Below are positions 15,439 through 24,574 of a DNA stretch of 38,173 bases, piece after piece. The stretch spans positions 1-38,173 of IMG/VR virus record IMGVR_UViG_3300035544_000229. One strand, written 5' to 3'. Both the position numbers and the translations under genes were made by a program. This DNA comes from a virus. Its lineage: Duplodnaviria > Caudoviricetes. How positions within the stretch are numbered: the stretch's first letter is position 1; each line of letters begins with the position of its first letter. Below the pieces are notes generated by a model. It saw only the letters and a program-made list of their open reading frames with translations. It did not search any database and was not told the origin of the DNA.

Positions 15439-16776
15439 ATGGCCCGTGGAAAGCATTTTCTCCCCTACCAGATCAATTATCTGAATGACCACAGCCGCCT
15501 GAAGCTGTGGCGCAAGACACGGCGCGGCGGCATGACCTATACGCAGGCCTACGAGGACGTAAGGGACGCCGGGCGGAAAAAGAACCCCATGGACGTCTGG
15601 TTCTCGTCCACGGACATGACCGCCGGAAGGGAATACATCGACTACTGCACCTACTGGTCCAAAGCGGCGGACATCGCCGCCACCGACATGGGCGAGGTGC
15701 TTATCGACAAGGAGAAGGACATCACCGCCCATTGCGTCCGCTTTGCTTCCGGCAAAAAAATCCACGCGCTCAGTTCAAACCCCAACGCGTTCCGATCCAA
15801 GGGCGGGAAATTGGTGTGGGATGAGGCGGCCCACCATGAGGATGGCGATGCATTCTGGAAAGCCGCCAGCCCGATTGTTTTTTGGGGGTTTCCTGTACGG
15901 GTGCTTTCTTCGGAGGGAGATCAGACTTGCCGATTCTTCCGGCTGGCAAAAATAGCGGAAAACGACCCTAAGTGGGGCTACCACAAGACCACTATCTTCG
16001 ACGCGGTGAGACAGGGGCTGGCGGATAAAATCGCGGGCCGCCCCCTGACCGATGCGGAGCGGGCCGACTTCATCGAAGAGTGCCGCTCCCTGGCCGGTGA
16101 CGAGGACTCCTTCCAGCAGGAATACAACTGCGTCGCCGCCGAATCCATGGACAAGTATATCCAATGGGACGACATCCTGCCGTGCCAGAACAAGCTGGCC
16201 GGGGTGCCGGAGTTGTACATGGGCGGCCCCTGTTTCGTGGGCATGGACCTGGCCCGCCGCCGCCACCTCACCGTTATATGGGTCTACGAGTTGGTGGGGG
16301 ATATTCTCTGGCTGCGGGAGATCATCCGCCTGAAGAACGCTCCGTTCGCTGTGCAGGACGCCGCGTTGGACGAAGTCTTCGAAAGGTTCCGCGTGGCCGC
16401 CTGCTGCATCGACCAAACCGGGATGGGGGAGAAGTTCGTGGAGGACGCCATCACGCGCCACGGCTCCTACCGGGTGCGCGGCGTGCTCTTCAACGCGCAA
16501 TCCAAGGCGTATCTGGCCCGGCTGGTCAAATCCTATCTGGAGAAACGGCGCGTCCGGTTTTCCGAGTGCAAGGATATCGCCGCCGCCCACCGGGCCATCC
16601 GCAAAGTGGTCACACCCTCGGGCAACATCCTCTTCACGTCCCCGCAGATAGGCGACAGCCATGCGGATGAATTCTGGGCGCACGCCATGGCCCTGGATGC
16701 GGCGCAGGTGGGCGGCGACATCTCCGGCGTCAATTTCAAGGAAGCCATGGCCGCTATGCGCGGCATACGGCAATAA
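15439..16776 (+). CDS. Terminase large subunit (Mu gp28-like)
   Basis: FLPYQ, KTRRGGMTY, WDEAAH, FQQEYNC, GMDLAR, IDQTGMG, HADEFWAHAMA. Confidence 0.93.
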   Translation: MARGKHFLPYQINYLNDHSRLKLWRKTRRGGMTYTQAYEDVRDAGRKKNPMDVWFSSTDMTAGREYIDYCTYWSKAADIAATDMGEVLIDKEKDITAHCVRFASGKKIHALSSNPNAFRSKGGKLVWDEAAHHEDGDAFWKAASPIVFWGFPVRVLSSEGDQTCRFFRLAKIAENDPKWGYHKTTIFDAVRQGLADKIAGRPLTDAERADFIEECRSLAGDEDSFQQEYNCVAAESMDKYIQWDDILPCQNKLAGVPELYMGGPCFVGMDLARRRHLTVIWVYELVGDILWLREIIRLKNAPFAVQDAALDEVFERFRVAACCIDQTGMGEKFVEDAITRHGSYRVRGVLFNAQSKAYLARLVKSYLEKRRVRFSECKDIAAAHRAIRKVVTPSGNILFTSPQIGDSHADEFWAHAMALDAAQVGGDISGVNFKEAMAAMRGIRQ

Positions 16777-16786
16777 GGAGGCAATC

Positions 16787-18190
16787 ATGGACATCACTCA
16801 AATCGCTGCGGAGAACGAACGGGATACGGCCGTCCGGCGGCTGGCCCTGGACGCCGTGGCGTCCACCCTGACCGGTCTGGGGTCCAATGCGGACAAGGCC
16901 CTTTCCCTGCTGCCCATCGACACCACGCCGTTTTCCAGTTCCTCGGTCGTGTACCACACGCTGTTCCGCTCCAGTTGGGTGGCCCGCAAAATCGTGCAGT
17001 TGCCGCCCGGCGACATGCTGCGCCGCTGGCGCAAGTTCGAGGGCCTGGACGAGGAAAAGCAAAAGGCGGTGCGCCAAATAGAGGACGAAATCTATTTGCG
17101 CCGCGCCCTGTATGACGTGCAGATACTGACCCGGCGCAACGGCGGGGCGGTGCTGCTGATGGACCTGGAGGACAACCGGCAGCCCCATGACCCCATCGGC
17201 AATGTGCGCCGGATCAGGGGGTTGTACCCCATAGAGCGGTCCAACGTTACCGTCATGCCCTGCGACACTTTTCTGAGCTATTATCCGTTCGGCAAGGAGC
17301 CGGAATTGTATTACATCTACGGACACCCCGTGCATCAAAGTCGGGTGATCCCGTTCCGGGGCAACTTCCTGCCGTCCCAGCACCAAAGCGAGGACAACTA
17401 CTTTTTTGGTGAGTCCACGCTCGCCCCGATCTTCGAGGAGCTGCTCCAGAACATGTCGGTCCGGCAGACCGTGGCCCAGCTCGTGCAGGAAGTGGGCACC
17501 CCCATCTATCAGTTGCAAAACCTGTGGGCCATACTGGGTACCAAAAAATACGATCAGCTCACCGATTATTTGCAGTTCATCAACTCGACCAAATCCACCC
17601 ACAACGCGGTGCTGCTCGACCTGGCCGACAAGCTGGAGCTGCTCCAGGTACAGTTCAACGGCCTGTTCCAGACCATGAAGGAATTCCGCGAACCGATCTG
17701 CGCGGCGGCGGACATCCCCATGACCCGCTTTTGGGGCTCCTCGCCCGGCGGCCTGAACGCAACAGGGGAATCCGACATCCGCAACTACTACGATTCGCTG
17801 GAGGACCAGCGCGGGCAGAGCGTGGACCCGGCTCTGACCAAGCTGGACCCCATTCTGCTCCCGCTGGCCGGGGTCGATCCCGACGAGCACTATGAATGGC
17901 CTCCGCTGTGGCAGCCAACGGAGAAGGAGCAGGCGGAAAACGAGCGCACCCAGGCCGACGCCATGCTGAAGAAGGCCATGGTCCTGCGCACCCTGTTCGA
18001 CATCGGGGCGCGGGATGACGAATTGGCGGCCCAGGCCAGGGAATGGGGGCTGCTGCCGGAACAGGCGGGGGTGGACGTGGACTTGTCCGCGCCGTTCCTC
18101 AACCTGGAAGGCGTGGAGCATGACGATCTGGACGCCCTGGCCCCGCCGCCAACCGAGGCCGCGCAGCCCGAGCCGGGCGAGCCGGAGTAG
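16787..18190 (+). CDS. Portal protein, DUF1073-type
   Basis: ATG 16787 with AGGAGG SD; SWVARKIV, VHQSRVI, AAADIPMTRFWGSSPGGLNATGESDIRNYYD. Confidence 0.88.
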   Translation: MDITQIAAENERDTAVRRLALDAVASTLTGLGSNADKALSLLPIDTTPFSSSSVVYHTLFRSSWVARKIVQLPPGDMLRRWRKFEGLDEEKQKAVRQIEDEIYLRRALYDVQILTRRNGGAVLLMDLEDNRQPHDPIGNVRRIRGLYPIERSNVTVMPCDTFLSYYPFGKEPELYYIYGHPVHQSRVIPFRGNFLPSQHQSEDNYFFGESTLAPIFEELLQNMSVRQTVAQLVQEVGTPIYQLQNLWAILGTKKYDQLTDYLQFINSTKSTHNAVLLDLADKLELLQVQFNGLFQTMKEFREPICAAADIPMTRFWGSSPGGLNATGESDIRNYYDSLEDQRGQSVDPALTKLDPILLPLAGVDPDEHYEWPPLWQPTEKEQAENERTQADAMLKKAMVLRTLFDIGARDDELAAQAREWGLLPEQAGVDVDLSAPFLNLEGVEHDDLDALAPPPTEAAQPEPGEPE

Positions 18191-18193
18191 GCC

Positions 18194-19018
18194 ATGCCGC
18201 GCGGAACCAAGCGGGCAGCGCCCACCAAGCCGAGCCGGGCCGTTACCGCGTTGCTGGCAAAGGATACCGTGGCCTACGCCGAGGCGTTGACCTCGGCCAT
18301 TCGTCGGAAGGAGAAAGCCATTCTCTCCCACTACAAGGCCCGGCCAGGCGCATTCGACGCCTTCGATCCGTTGGAGGAGGTTTGGGAGGCCTTTGCCTCG
18401 TGGTATGCGGAGTTCGACGCCTCGATCCGAGCCGCAGACGGCATAAAAACCATTTCCAAGACGGCCAAGCGGCGCTGGCTGGAAACCGTGCAACAGGTGC
18501 TCGGGGTGTCCGCCCTGGACATTCTGCAAGACCCGGCCATAGGAGCACCCTTTGACGAGGCGACGGCGGCTTACATGCAGTATTTCGACCGCTACGGCGC
18601 GGCCACGATGGGCAAGATCAAGGATGCCGCCTTCAGGAACTTCACCGGTCAGAAGGTGCCGGGGGGCAATCTGCAAGCGTACCTCCAGAAGCTCTATGCC
18701 GGGACGGCCAAACACGCCCGGTTCGTGGCCCTGGACATCAACGCCACCTACACCGCGACATTTTCGCGCCTACGCGCCCAATCCATCGGGTTGACCGAAT
18801 ATGCCTGGACCACTGCCGGAGATCGGTTCGTGGTCGGCGCTGGAGTCTGGAAGCCGTCACCGATGCACGGCAACCACTTTCTGCGCAGCGGCAACACCTA
18901 TTCTTACGAGCACCGCTTCGAAGACGGGCACCCCGGAGAAGCCATCGGATGCCGCTGCCTGGCCATGCCGATAGTGCCGACCGACCCTTCGCAGCTCACC
19001 AATCTAAGCTTTGTCTAG
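18194..19018 (+). CDS. Head morphogenesis / minor capsid protein (Mu F / SPP1 gp7 family)
   Basis: YAWTTAGD, HPGEAIGCRCLAMP C-terminal motif; follows portal. Confidence 0.85.
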   Translation: MPRGTKRAAPTKPSRAVTALLAKDTVAYAEALTSAIRRKEKAILSHYKARPGAFDAFDPLEEVWEAFASWYAEFDASIRAADGIKTISKTAKRRWLETVQQVLGVSALDILQDPAIGAPFDEATAAYMQYFDRYGAATMGKIKDAAFRNFTGQKVPGGNLQAYLQKLYAGTAKHARFVALDINATYTATFSRLRAQSIGLTEYAWTTAGDRFVVGAGVWKPSPMHGNHFLRSGNTYSYEHRFEDGHPGEAIGCRCLAMPIVPTDPSQLTNLSFV

Positions 19019-19206
19019 AGAAATCCGTCAGGCCGTTTCCTGTCCGGCCGTCCCTGCCCGTCGTGCGTTTTCGGGCGGAACGCGCCGGGGCGACAGTTTA
19101 TAAACGTTCATAAACCACTGCGCGGCGAGAGGACGGCCGCGCCGTCGCGGGTCTGGACACCCTGTCGATTTTCCGGCAGGGTGTTCGGCAAGGAATCAAT
19201 CCCTCC

Positions 19207-19247
19207 AAGAGCCCTTGGCCGCCTTTGCGGCCAAGGGCTCTTTTCTT
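19207..19247 (+). terminator. Rho-independent terminator
   Basis: AAGAGCCCTTGGCCGC-cttt-GCGGCCAAGGGCTCTT followed by TTCTT. Confidence 0.75.
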
Positions 19248-19288
19248 GAACGGGTTCAAGACGCTTCCGGGCGGCCGCTTGGTACCTT
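19246..19288 (+). promoter_or_regulatory. Putative activator-dependent late promoter of head/tail operon
   Basis: TTGAACGGGTTCAA at 19246-19259 and extended -10-like TGG-TACCTT (19283-19288), same 37-bp offset as at 13064. Confidence 0.65.
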
Positions 19289-19296
19289 GAGCCCCT

Positions 19297-20472
19297 ATGA
19301 AAACTCGCCATCTTGTTTCCGACCGTCTCGCCATCACCGAGAACCGGCAGCGCGACACCAACGGCTTCCTCATCAGCCGGGCCAGGATATTCCAGCCCGG
19401 TGTCGTGACGTATCTGCGTGGTGAATTCGGCCTGCCCGGCGACCCCAACGAGCCCATACGTGTCGCCCGTCTCCCCGAGGACGTGCTCCACCCTGAAGCC
19501 GTCAAGTCCTTCGAGGGGCTGGACGTGCTGGTGGGGCACGCCATGCAGGGGCGGGACCGCAAGAGCCGCGCCCGTGCCGACGGGAACGTGTCCGGAGCCA
19601 TCGACACCTCGGACGGGACGATGGTTACCGACCTGATGATCAAATCCGAGGACGGTGAAAAGGCGCTGTCGGAGGGGGTCGAGCAGATCAGTCCCAGCTT
19701 CCTGTTTCTGCCGGTGAAGGAGTCGGGCGAATTCGAAGGCGAGCCGTACGAGTACAAGCAAACGGAAATCCGGGGCAACCACATCGCGGTCGTACCGCGT
19801 GGCCGATCCGGCCCGGAGGTCCGAGTTTTTGATCAACATCCCCAAACGATGGAGGACAAGATGGACCCGAAGGAAAAAGACGGCCTGTTCGCCGAATTCT
19901 TCGCCAAGCTGGCTGGCTTCGGCATGAGCCAGCCCGCCCCCGGCCCCGCCGCGTTGCCCGTGGCCCGCGACGCCGATCCCGTGGTTGCGGCTCTGGAGAA
20001 GCTCGCGGCCGCGATGGCGGACAACACCGCCAAGCTGGACGCCGCGATCAAGGCCATGCCCACGGCTCCGGCCGCCGACAAGGAAAAACCGGAAGGCGGG
20101 GAAAACGGTGAGGAAGCCGCCTCCGCACCCGCCATGGACGAAAAGGCCGTCTCCAAGGCGGTGGAAGAGCGCGTAGCCGCTCTGGACGCATTCTCCACGG
20201 CCAAGTGCCAGGGCGATCCCAAAGGCATGAAGCTGGAGGAAATCAAGGACGCCGTGATCAAGCAGGCCCTGGACGAAGACACGTCCTCCCTGTCCGGCCC
20301 GGCCAGGGACGCTCTTTTCTCCCTGGCCTGCAAGCGCGTCGAGCCCAAGGCCAAGCCCGTTCCGGCCATGGACGCCGCCCCCGGCGGTCAGGCCGAGAAG
20401 AAACCGCGCCTGTCCGCCCGCGACGCCCACATCGCCAGCCTCAACGGCGAACCGCAGAAGAAGGAGGATTAG
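19297..20472 (+). CDS. DUF2213-type prohead protease/scaffold
   Basis: NGFLISRARI..GV..Y, IRGNHIAVVPRGRSGPEVRV; low-complexity acidic/Ala-rich scaffold C-terminus. Confidence 0.88.
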   Translation: MKTRHLVSDRLAITENRQRDTNGFLISRARIFQPGVVTYLRGEFGLPGDPNEPIRVARLPEDVLHPEAVKSFEGLDVLVGHAMQGRDRKSRARADGNVSGAIDTSDGTMVTDLMIKSEDGEKALSEGVEQISPSFLFLPVKESGEFEGEPYEYKQTEIRGNHIAVVPRGRSGPEVRVFDQHPQTMEDKMDPKEKDGLFAEFFAKLAGFGMSQPAPGPAALPVARDADPVVAALEKLAAAMADNTAKLDAAIKAMPTAPAADKEKPEGGENGEEAASAPAMDEKAVSKAVEERVAALDAFSTAKCQGDPKGMKLEEIKDAVIKQALDEDTSSLSGPARDALFSLACKRVEPKAKPVPAMDAAPGGQAEKKPRLSARDAHIASLNGEPQKKED

Positions 20473-20475
20473 CCA

Positions 20476-20970
20476 ATGCCCATCCAGGAAGAATACGGCG
20501 TTTACCATGCCAGTCGTGTGCCCGGCGTCTGCGCGGACGCTTCGGTCAGCAACATCGCATCCAATCTGATCGAAGGGGCCTCCGTGGTCCCGGCCAAGGC
20601 CGTGGTGCGCGGCAGCGCGTCCGGGCAGGTGTCCCTGCCCGCCGCCGTGGGAGATACGCTCGTCGGCGTGGCCGTGCATTCGCTGTCGGCTCCGGCCACC
20701 TCCGCCCAGGACAATGTGGAGTACGCCGCAGGCGAACCCGCGCCGATCTGCGACAAGGGCCGCGTCTTCGTCACGGTCCAGGAGGACGTAGTGCACGGGG
20801 AAACCGTGTACATCGCCACCGTCGCGGCCGGGGATATCGCGCCCGGCGATTTCGTGGCCTCGGACAACGCGGCCAATACCCCCAAAAAAGCCGCCGGATG
20901 GCGCTACGAGGAGTCCGGCAATGCCGGTGACATCGTGGAAATCTCCATCGGCTACTACCAGACCGCATAA
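20476..20970 (+). CDS. Head decoration/cement protein
   Basis: Position between scaffold and capsid; beta-rich with GRVFVTV motif. Confidence 0.75.
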   Translation: MPIQEEYGVYHASRVPGVCADASVSNIASNLIEGASVVPAKAVVRGSASGQVSLPAAVGDTLVGVAVHSLSAPATSAQDNVEYAAGEPAPICDKGRVFVTVQEDVVHGETVYIATVAAGDIAPGDFVASDNAANTPKKAAGWRYEESGNAGDIVEISIGYYQTA

Positions 20971-20982
20971 GGAGCAGATAAC

Positions 20983-22182
20983 ATGCTGATGACAATCAAT
21001 CCCCCGGCCGGTTCCGGCTTCGAGCCCAGCGCCATGGGTGTGCAGGGGCTCAACGCCATCTTCCAGCGCGAGGAGCAGGCCGGACTGCGCGTTGCGGCCA
21101 TGGACGCCGAGAACCCGGCCACCATGATGGACGGCATTCTCTCCCGCCAGGCGCAGGAGCAGTTGGCGGCCATGGACGCCGCCCCGGCCGTCGCCCAGGC
21201 CGCCGTGGCCGAGTTCGGCGCGGGTCTGTCCCATTTCCGCAGCGAACTCGCCAAGGTCGAAACCCGCGTGTACGAGCGCAAATACAGTTCCGTCCGCTAC
21301 CAGGAACTCTATGCCCCCGGCGATATCCTGGCCGGAGGCGGCTACGCCGATTCCATCGTTTACTACGTCAAGGACGTGGTAGGCCGGGGCGAATTCGGCA
21401 TCCTGGCCGCCAACAACGTGCCCCAGGTGCAGGTGCGCATGAAGCAGGTCACCGTTCCGCTCGAAGTGGCCTTCGTGGGCGGCAACTATGCGCTCCAGGA
21501 CATCCTGGCCGCCGGAGCCCGCAAGCGCAATTCCGCCCCCGGCCTCTCCCCGCAGGAAGAGACCATGACCGGCATGCGCAAGGTCAGCGAGGAGCACATC
21601 GACCGCGTGAACTTCTACGGTGAGCCTCGGATCACCGGCTACGAGGGCTACTACTCCAACTCCGCCGTGGAGATTGGCGACGTGGCCGATTCCGTCGCCA
21701 ACCCCAACGGCGCGACCGGCGCGGCCCTCAAGCTGTTCAAGAACAAGACGCCGGATGAAATGGTCGCGGACGTGAACGACGCCATCAGCGACGTGATCCT
21801 CACCACCCGCGAGAACCATTACCCCGGCACCATCCGCCTCGCGTCCGAGCCCTACAACGTGCTGGCCGCAACCCGCATGTCGGGACAGTCCGACGTGACC
21901 GTGCTCCAGTACCTGCGCAAGAACAACGCCTATACGGCCCGCACCCACAAGGAGCTGGACATCATCTCCGACGTGCGGCTGGACGGGGCCGGAGTGGGCG
22001 GCGCCAACCGCATGGTGGTGGCCGAGAAGGAACAGTTCAACGTGATGACCCACCACACCATCCCGTTGGTGTTCCTGCCCGTGCAGCAGACCGCCATGCA
22101 CTGGAACCTCTACGGCTATTACCAGTTCGGCCCGGCCGAAATCCGTTACCCCAAGTCGCTGGTCTACCGCGACGGCATGTAG
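20983..22182 (+). CDS. Major capsid protein, DUF2184-type
   Basis: ELAKVETRVYE, VNFYG..ITGYEG, KTPDEMVADVN, GVGGANRMVV, IRYPKSLVYRDGM. Confidence 0.9.
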   Translation: MLMTINPPAGSGFEPSAMGVQGLNAIFQREEQAGLRVAAMDAENPATMMDGILSRQAQEQLAAMDAAPAVAQAAVAEFGAGLSHFRSELAKVETRVYERKYSSVRYQELYAPGDILAGGGYADSIVYYVKDVVGRGEFGILAANNVPQVQVRMKQVTVPLEVAFVGGNYALQDILAAGARKRNSAPGLSPQEETMTGMRKVSEEHIDRVNFYGEPRITGYEGYYSNSAVEIGDVADSVANPNGATGAALKLFKNKTPDEMVADVNDAISDVILTTRENHYPGTIRLASEPYNVLAATRMSGQSDVTVLQYLRKNNAYTARTHKELDIISDVRLDGAGVGGANRMVVAEKEQFNVMTHHTIPLVFLPVQQTAMHWNLYGYYQFGPAEIRYPKSLVYRDGM

Positions 22183-22196
22183 AAAGGAGAGATCAC

Positions 22197-22787
22197 ATGG
22201 CCAAGTTTATCCTGAACACCGGGCGCACGCCCATTTCGCTGACCATCCCCCCGAAACTCCGCAAGGGGAAGGAGACCCGCGTCCACTTCCCGGCGGCCAT
22301 CGGGGCCATCGACACCGGCAAGAGCGGCGACGAGCAGTTCGAAGCCGTGCCCGCCCGGTTCTTCGTGGAAGTCGAACGCGAGCTGGTGGCGGTCTGGACC
22401 AAGTCCAGCCCCGCTTACTTCGAGGCGGGCATGCTCAAAGTCTTCGACGAGCGCCCCACCAAGACCACCCTGGCCGACGCGGCCAAGGCCAGCATTACCG
22501 CCGGTGAGCTGGCGCAGCGCGAACTCAACCTGGCCCGGCGTGAGGCCGAGGCCAATGTGCTGGAACTCAAGGTCCAGTCCGACGAAGCCATGCTGGCCGT
22601 GGAGAAGGCCGAAGTTGTCCTGGAAAAGGCGGAGAACGCCGATCCCAAGGACGATGACGCCGTCAAGGCGGCCAAGTCCGCGCTGGCCTCGGCCAAGGGA
22701 GCCGCCACCAAGGCCCGCAAGGCCCATGAAGAGGCGGCCAAGGCTCTGGACAAGAGCGAGCCCGAAGCCAAAGAGGACGCTGAATAA
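22197..22787 (+). CDS. Hypothetical head-associated protein with Ala/Lys/Glu-rich coiled-coil tail
   Basis: AGGAG SD; follows capsid gene. Confidence 0.7.
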   Translation: MAKFILNTGRTPISLTIPPKLRKGKETRVHFPAAIGAIDTGKSGDEQFEAVPARFFVEVERELVAVWTKSSPAYFEAGMLKVFDERPTKTTLADAAKASITAGELAQRELNLARREAEANVLELKVQSDEAMLAVEKAEVVLEKAENADPKDDDAVKAAKSALASAKGAATKARKAHEEAAKALDKSEPEAKEDAE

Positions 22788-22789
22788 TC

Positions 22790-23179
22790 ATGCTGACCCC
22801 CGAGGACGTTAAAACCCGGTTCCCCGTCTTTGCGGACGTGCAGGACGCGCTGGTCCAGGTCGTGCTGGACGAAGTGTATCTCGCGCATCTCGACGAAGGC
22901 GCATGGGGCGCGGCGGCGGACATCGCCGCAGGCTACGCCGCCGCGCACGTCCTGGGGGTCAACTATCAGGCGGACCAGGACGCGACCGGCAAGCTCGGCC
23001 CCCTGGCGGCGGCCGGGCCGACCGTGTCCAAGCGTATGGGCAAACTCCAGACCACGTACCAGCCCGGCCCCGAGCCGCAAACGCAGGACGAGGCGTGGTG
23101 GAACCAGTCCGGCTATGGCCGGACGTTTCTCAATCTCAAGCGAAAGACGTTCCTGGGCGTCGATGTGACGAGGCCCTAG
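22790..23179 (+). CDS. Head-tail connector (DUF4054-like)
   Basis: KTRFPVFAD, YAAAHVL, WWNQSGYGRTFL. Confidence 0.82.
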   Translation: MLTPEDVKTRFPVFADVQDALVQVVLDEVYLAHLDEGAWGAAADIAAGYAAAHVLGVNYQADQDATGKLGPLAAAGPTVSKRMGKLQTTYQPGPEPQTQDEAWWNQSGYGRTFLNLKRKTFLGVDVTRP

Positions 23180-23181
23180 CC

Positions 23182-23646
23182 ATGGCGGGCGGTGTCAACG
23201 TGACCGGCGGCGAACGTCTCAAGGCGTTCATGGAAAACGCCAAGCAGGCGGCGGCCAGGGGCGAACGCGCCCTGGACATCGGCTTCATCCGGTCCACCTA
23301 TCCGGACGGGACGCCCATCGCCGCCGTCATGGCCTGGAACGAGTTCGGCACCCGCAAGAAGGACGGCTCGGTCCACGTCCCGGAGCGGCCCACCATCCGC
23401 CCGGCCGTGGATGTCATGCGCGAGGACTTCCCCCGCATGATCGAACGGTATGCCCAAGGGAAGGGCCATATTACCGACGCCGCGCTCAACCTCCTGGGGC
23501 AGCACGGGGCTAATCTGATAGCCGAGCAGATCACGGAACTCGACGAACCGGCGAACGCCCCGGCCACTATCAAGGCCAAGGGCGTTGACAACCCGATGAT
23601 CCAATCCGGCACGGCCCGCAGGGCCGCGTCCTGGGAGGTCAAATGA
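23182..23646 (+). CDS. Neck/tail-completion protein
   Basis: ATG 23182; YPDGTPIAAV.AWNEFGT, PERPTIRP, NAPATIKAKG..NPMIQSG. Confidence 0.82.
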   Translation: MAGGVNVTGGERLKAFMENAKQAAARGERALDIGFIRSTYPDGTPIAAVMAWNEFGTRKKDGSVHVPERPTIRPAVDVMREDFPRMIERYAQGKGHITDAALNLLGQHGANLIAEQITELDEPANAPATIKAKGVDNPMIQSGTARRAASWEVK

Positions 23647-24017
23647 TCGAACTGTTGAACGACCCCGAATTCACCCGGCCTCTCGTGTTGGTGCGGGAAC
23701 GCGCCGGGACCAGGGACGACAACGGCGAATGGGTGCCGGGCGAGCCTGAAGAGATACCGACGCGCGGATCGGTGCAGCCCCTGGACCTGGCCGACGAGCG
23801 GTTGCAGCGCCTGCCCCAGGACGGCGGCGACCGTATTGTGGCGGCCAAGGAAATCTTTCTGCCCGCCAGCGTCGATGCGCAGCCGTTGCGCACCGGCGAG
23901 GGGCAAACCGCGGGCGACATTCTGCGCGTGGACGGGCTGGACTACAGGGTGGCGTCATGTGCCCCCTATGACGAACACAGCGAGATCATCGCCGTTCGCC
24001 TGGAAGGGGACGCATAG
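23643..24017 (+). CDS. Head-closure/head-tail adaptor
   Basis: GEWVPG, GSVQP, GDILRVDG.DYRV; synteny. Confidence 0.75.
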   Translation: MIELLNDPEFTRPLVLVRERAGTRDDNGEWVPGEPEEIPTRGSVQPLDLADERLQRLPQDGGDRIVAAKEIFLPASVDAQPLRTGEGQTAGDILRVDGLDYRVASCAPYDEHSEIIAVRLEGDA

Positions 24018-24574
24018 TGGATTCTCCCCTGACTCATATAGAAATCGGACGGGCCGTTCGCGGCTTGCTGGCCGAGGCAGCCGGGTTGCCGCCCTCGCGC
24101 GTCATCCCGGCCAGGGACAACGGGCCGAGCCCGGCGGGCGGAATCTACGCATCGGTTCTCATCCGCTCCCACGCGAAGATCGGCACCGCTTCTATCCGTC
24201 ACTACCCGATTGATGGGGACGATTCCAAGGTGATGGAGCGGATCACAACCTCCCGTCTGGCCCGCTGTTCAGTCAATTTCTACCGCAAGGGAGCCATGGA
24301 CACGGCGCGGGCGCTGCTGGATTTCCCGGAGACGCCGGCCGGCCGCCTCGCCTTGGCGCTTCGGGGCTTGACCTGGCACCGGGCGTCGGACGTGCGCGAC
24401 CTGTCCTCGCTCCAGGCCCGGCGTTGGGAGGAACGCGCCCAGTTCGACCTGGAGATCAAAGTTACCAGATCAACAGCGGCCGAAGTCGCGGCCACCAATG
24501 AGGCGACCATCGACATAACCGTCAACGAAACCGCCGAGACGGACCTCGGGGGTACTATGGAGGATGAAGCATGA
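24017..24574 (+). CDS. Neck/tail terminator protein
   Basis: GTG start overlapping stop; WEERAQFDL motif; immediately before sheath. Confidence 0.75.
   Translation: MDSPLTHIEIGRAVRGLLAEAAGLPPSRVIPARDNGPSPAGGIYASVLIRSHAKIGTASIRHYPIDGDDSKVMERITTSRLARCSVNFYRKGAMDTARALLDFPETPAGRLALALRGLTWHRASDVRDLSSLQARRWEERAQFDLEIKVTRSTAAEVAATNEATIDITVNETAETDLGGTMEDEA

Noticed and set aside
16787-18190. Anti-CBASS (Acb1) label sometimes attached to DUF1073 proteins
   Set aside because: Position between TerL and minor head gene, size and motifs indicate the portal; no 2H-phosphoesterase domain recognised
19108-22101. 997-aa minus-strand ORF and other long antisense ORFs (7574-9220, 16754-18715, 24280-26133, 27409-29391)
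   Set aside because: Shadow frames of GC3-rich genes on the opposite strand; no motifs or SD
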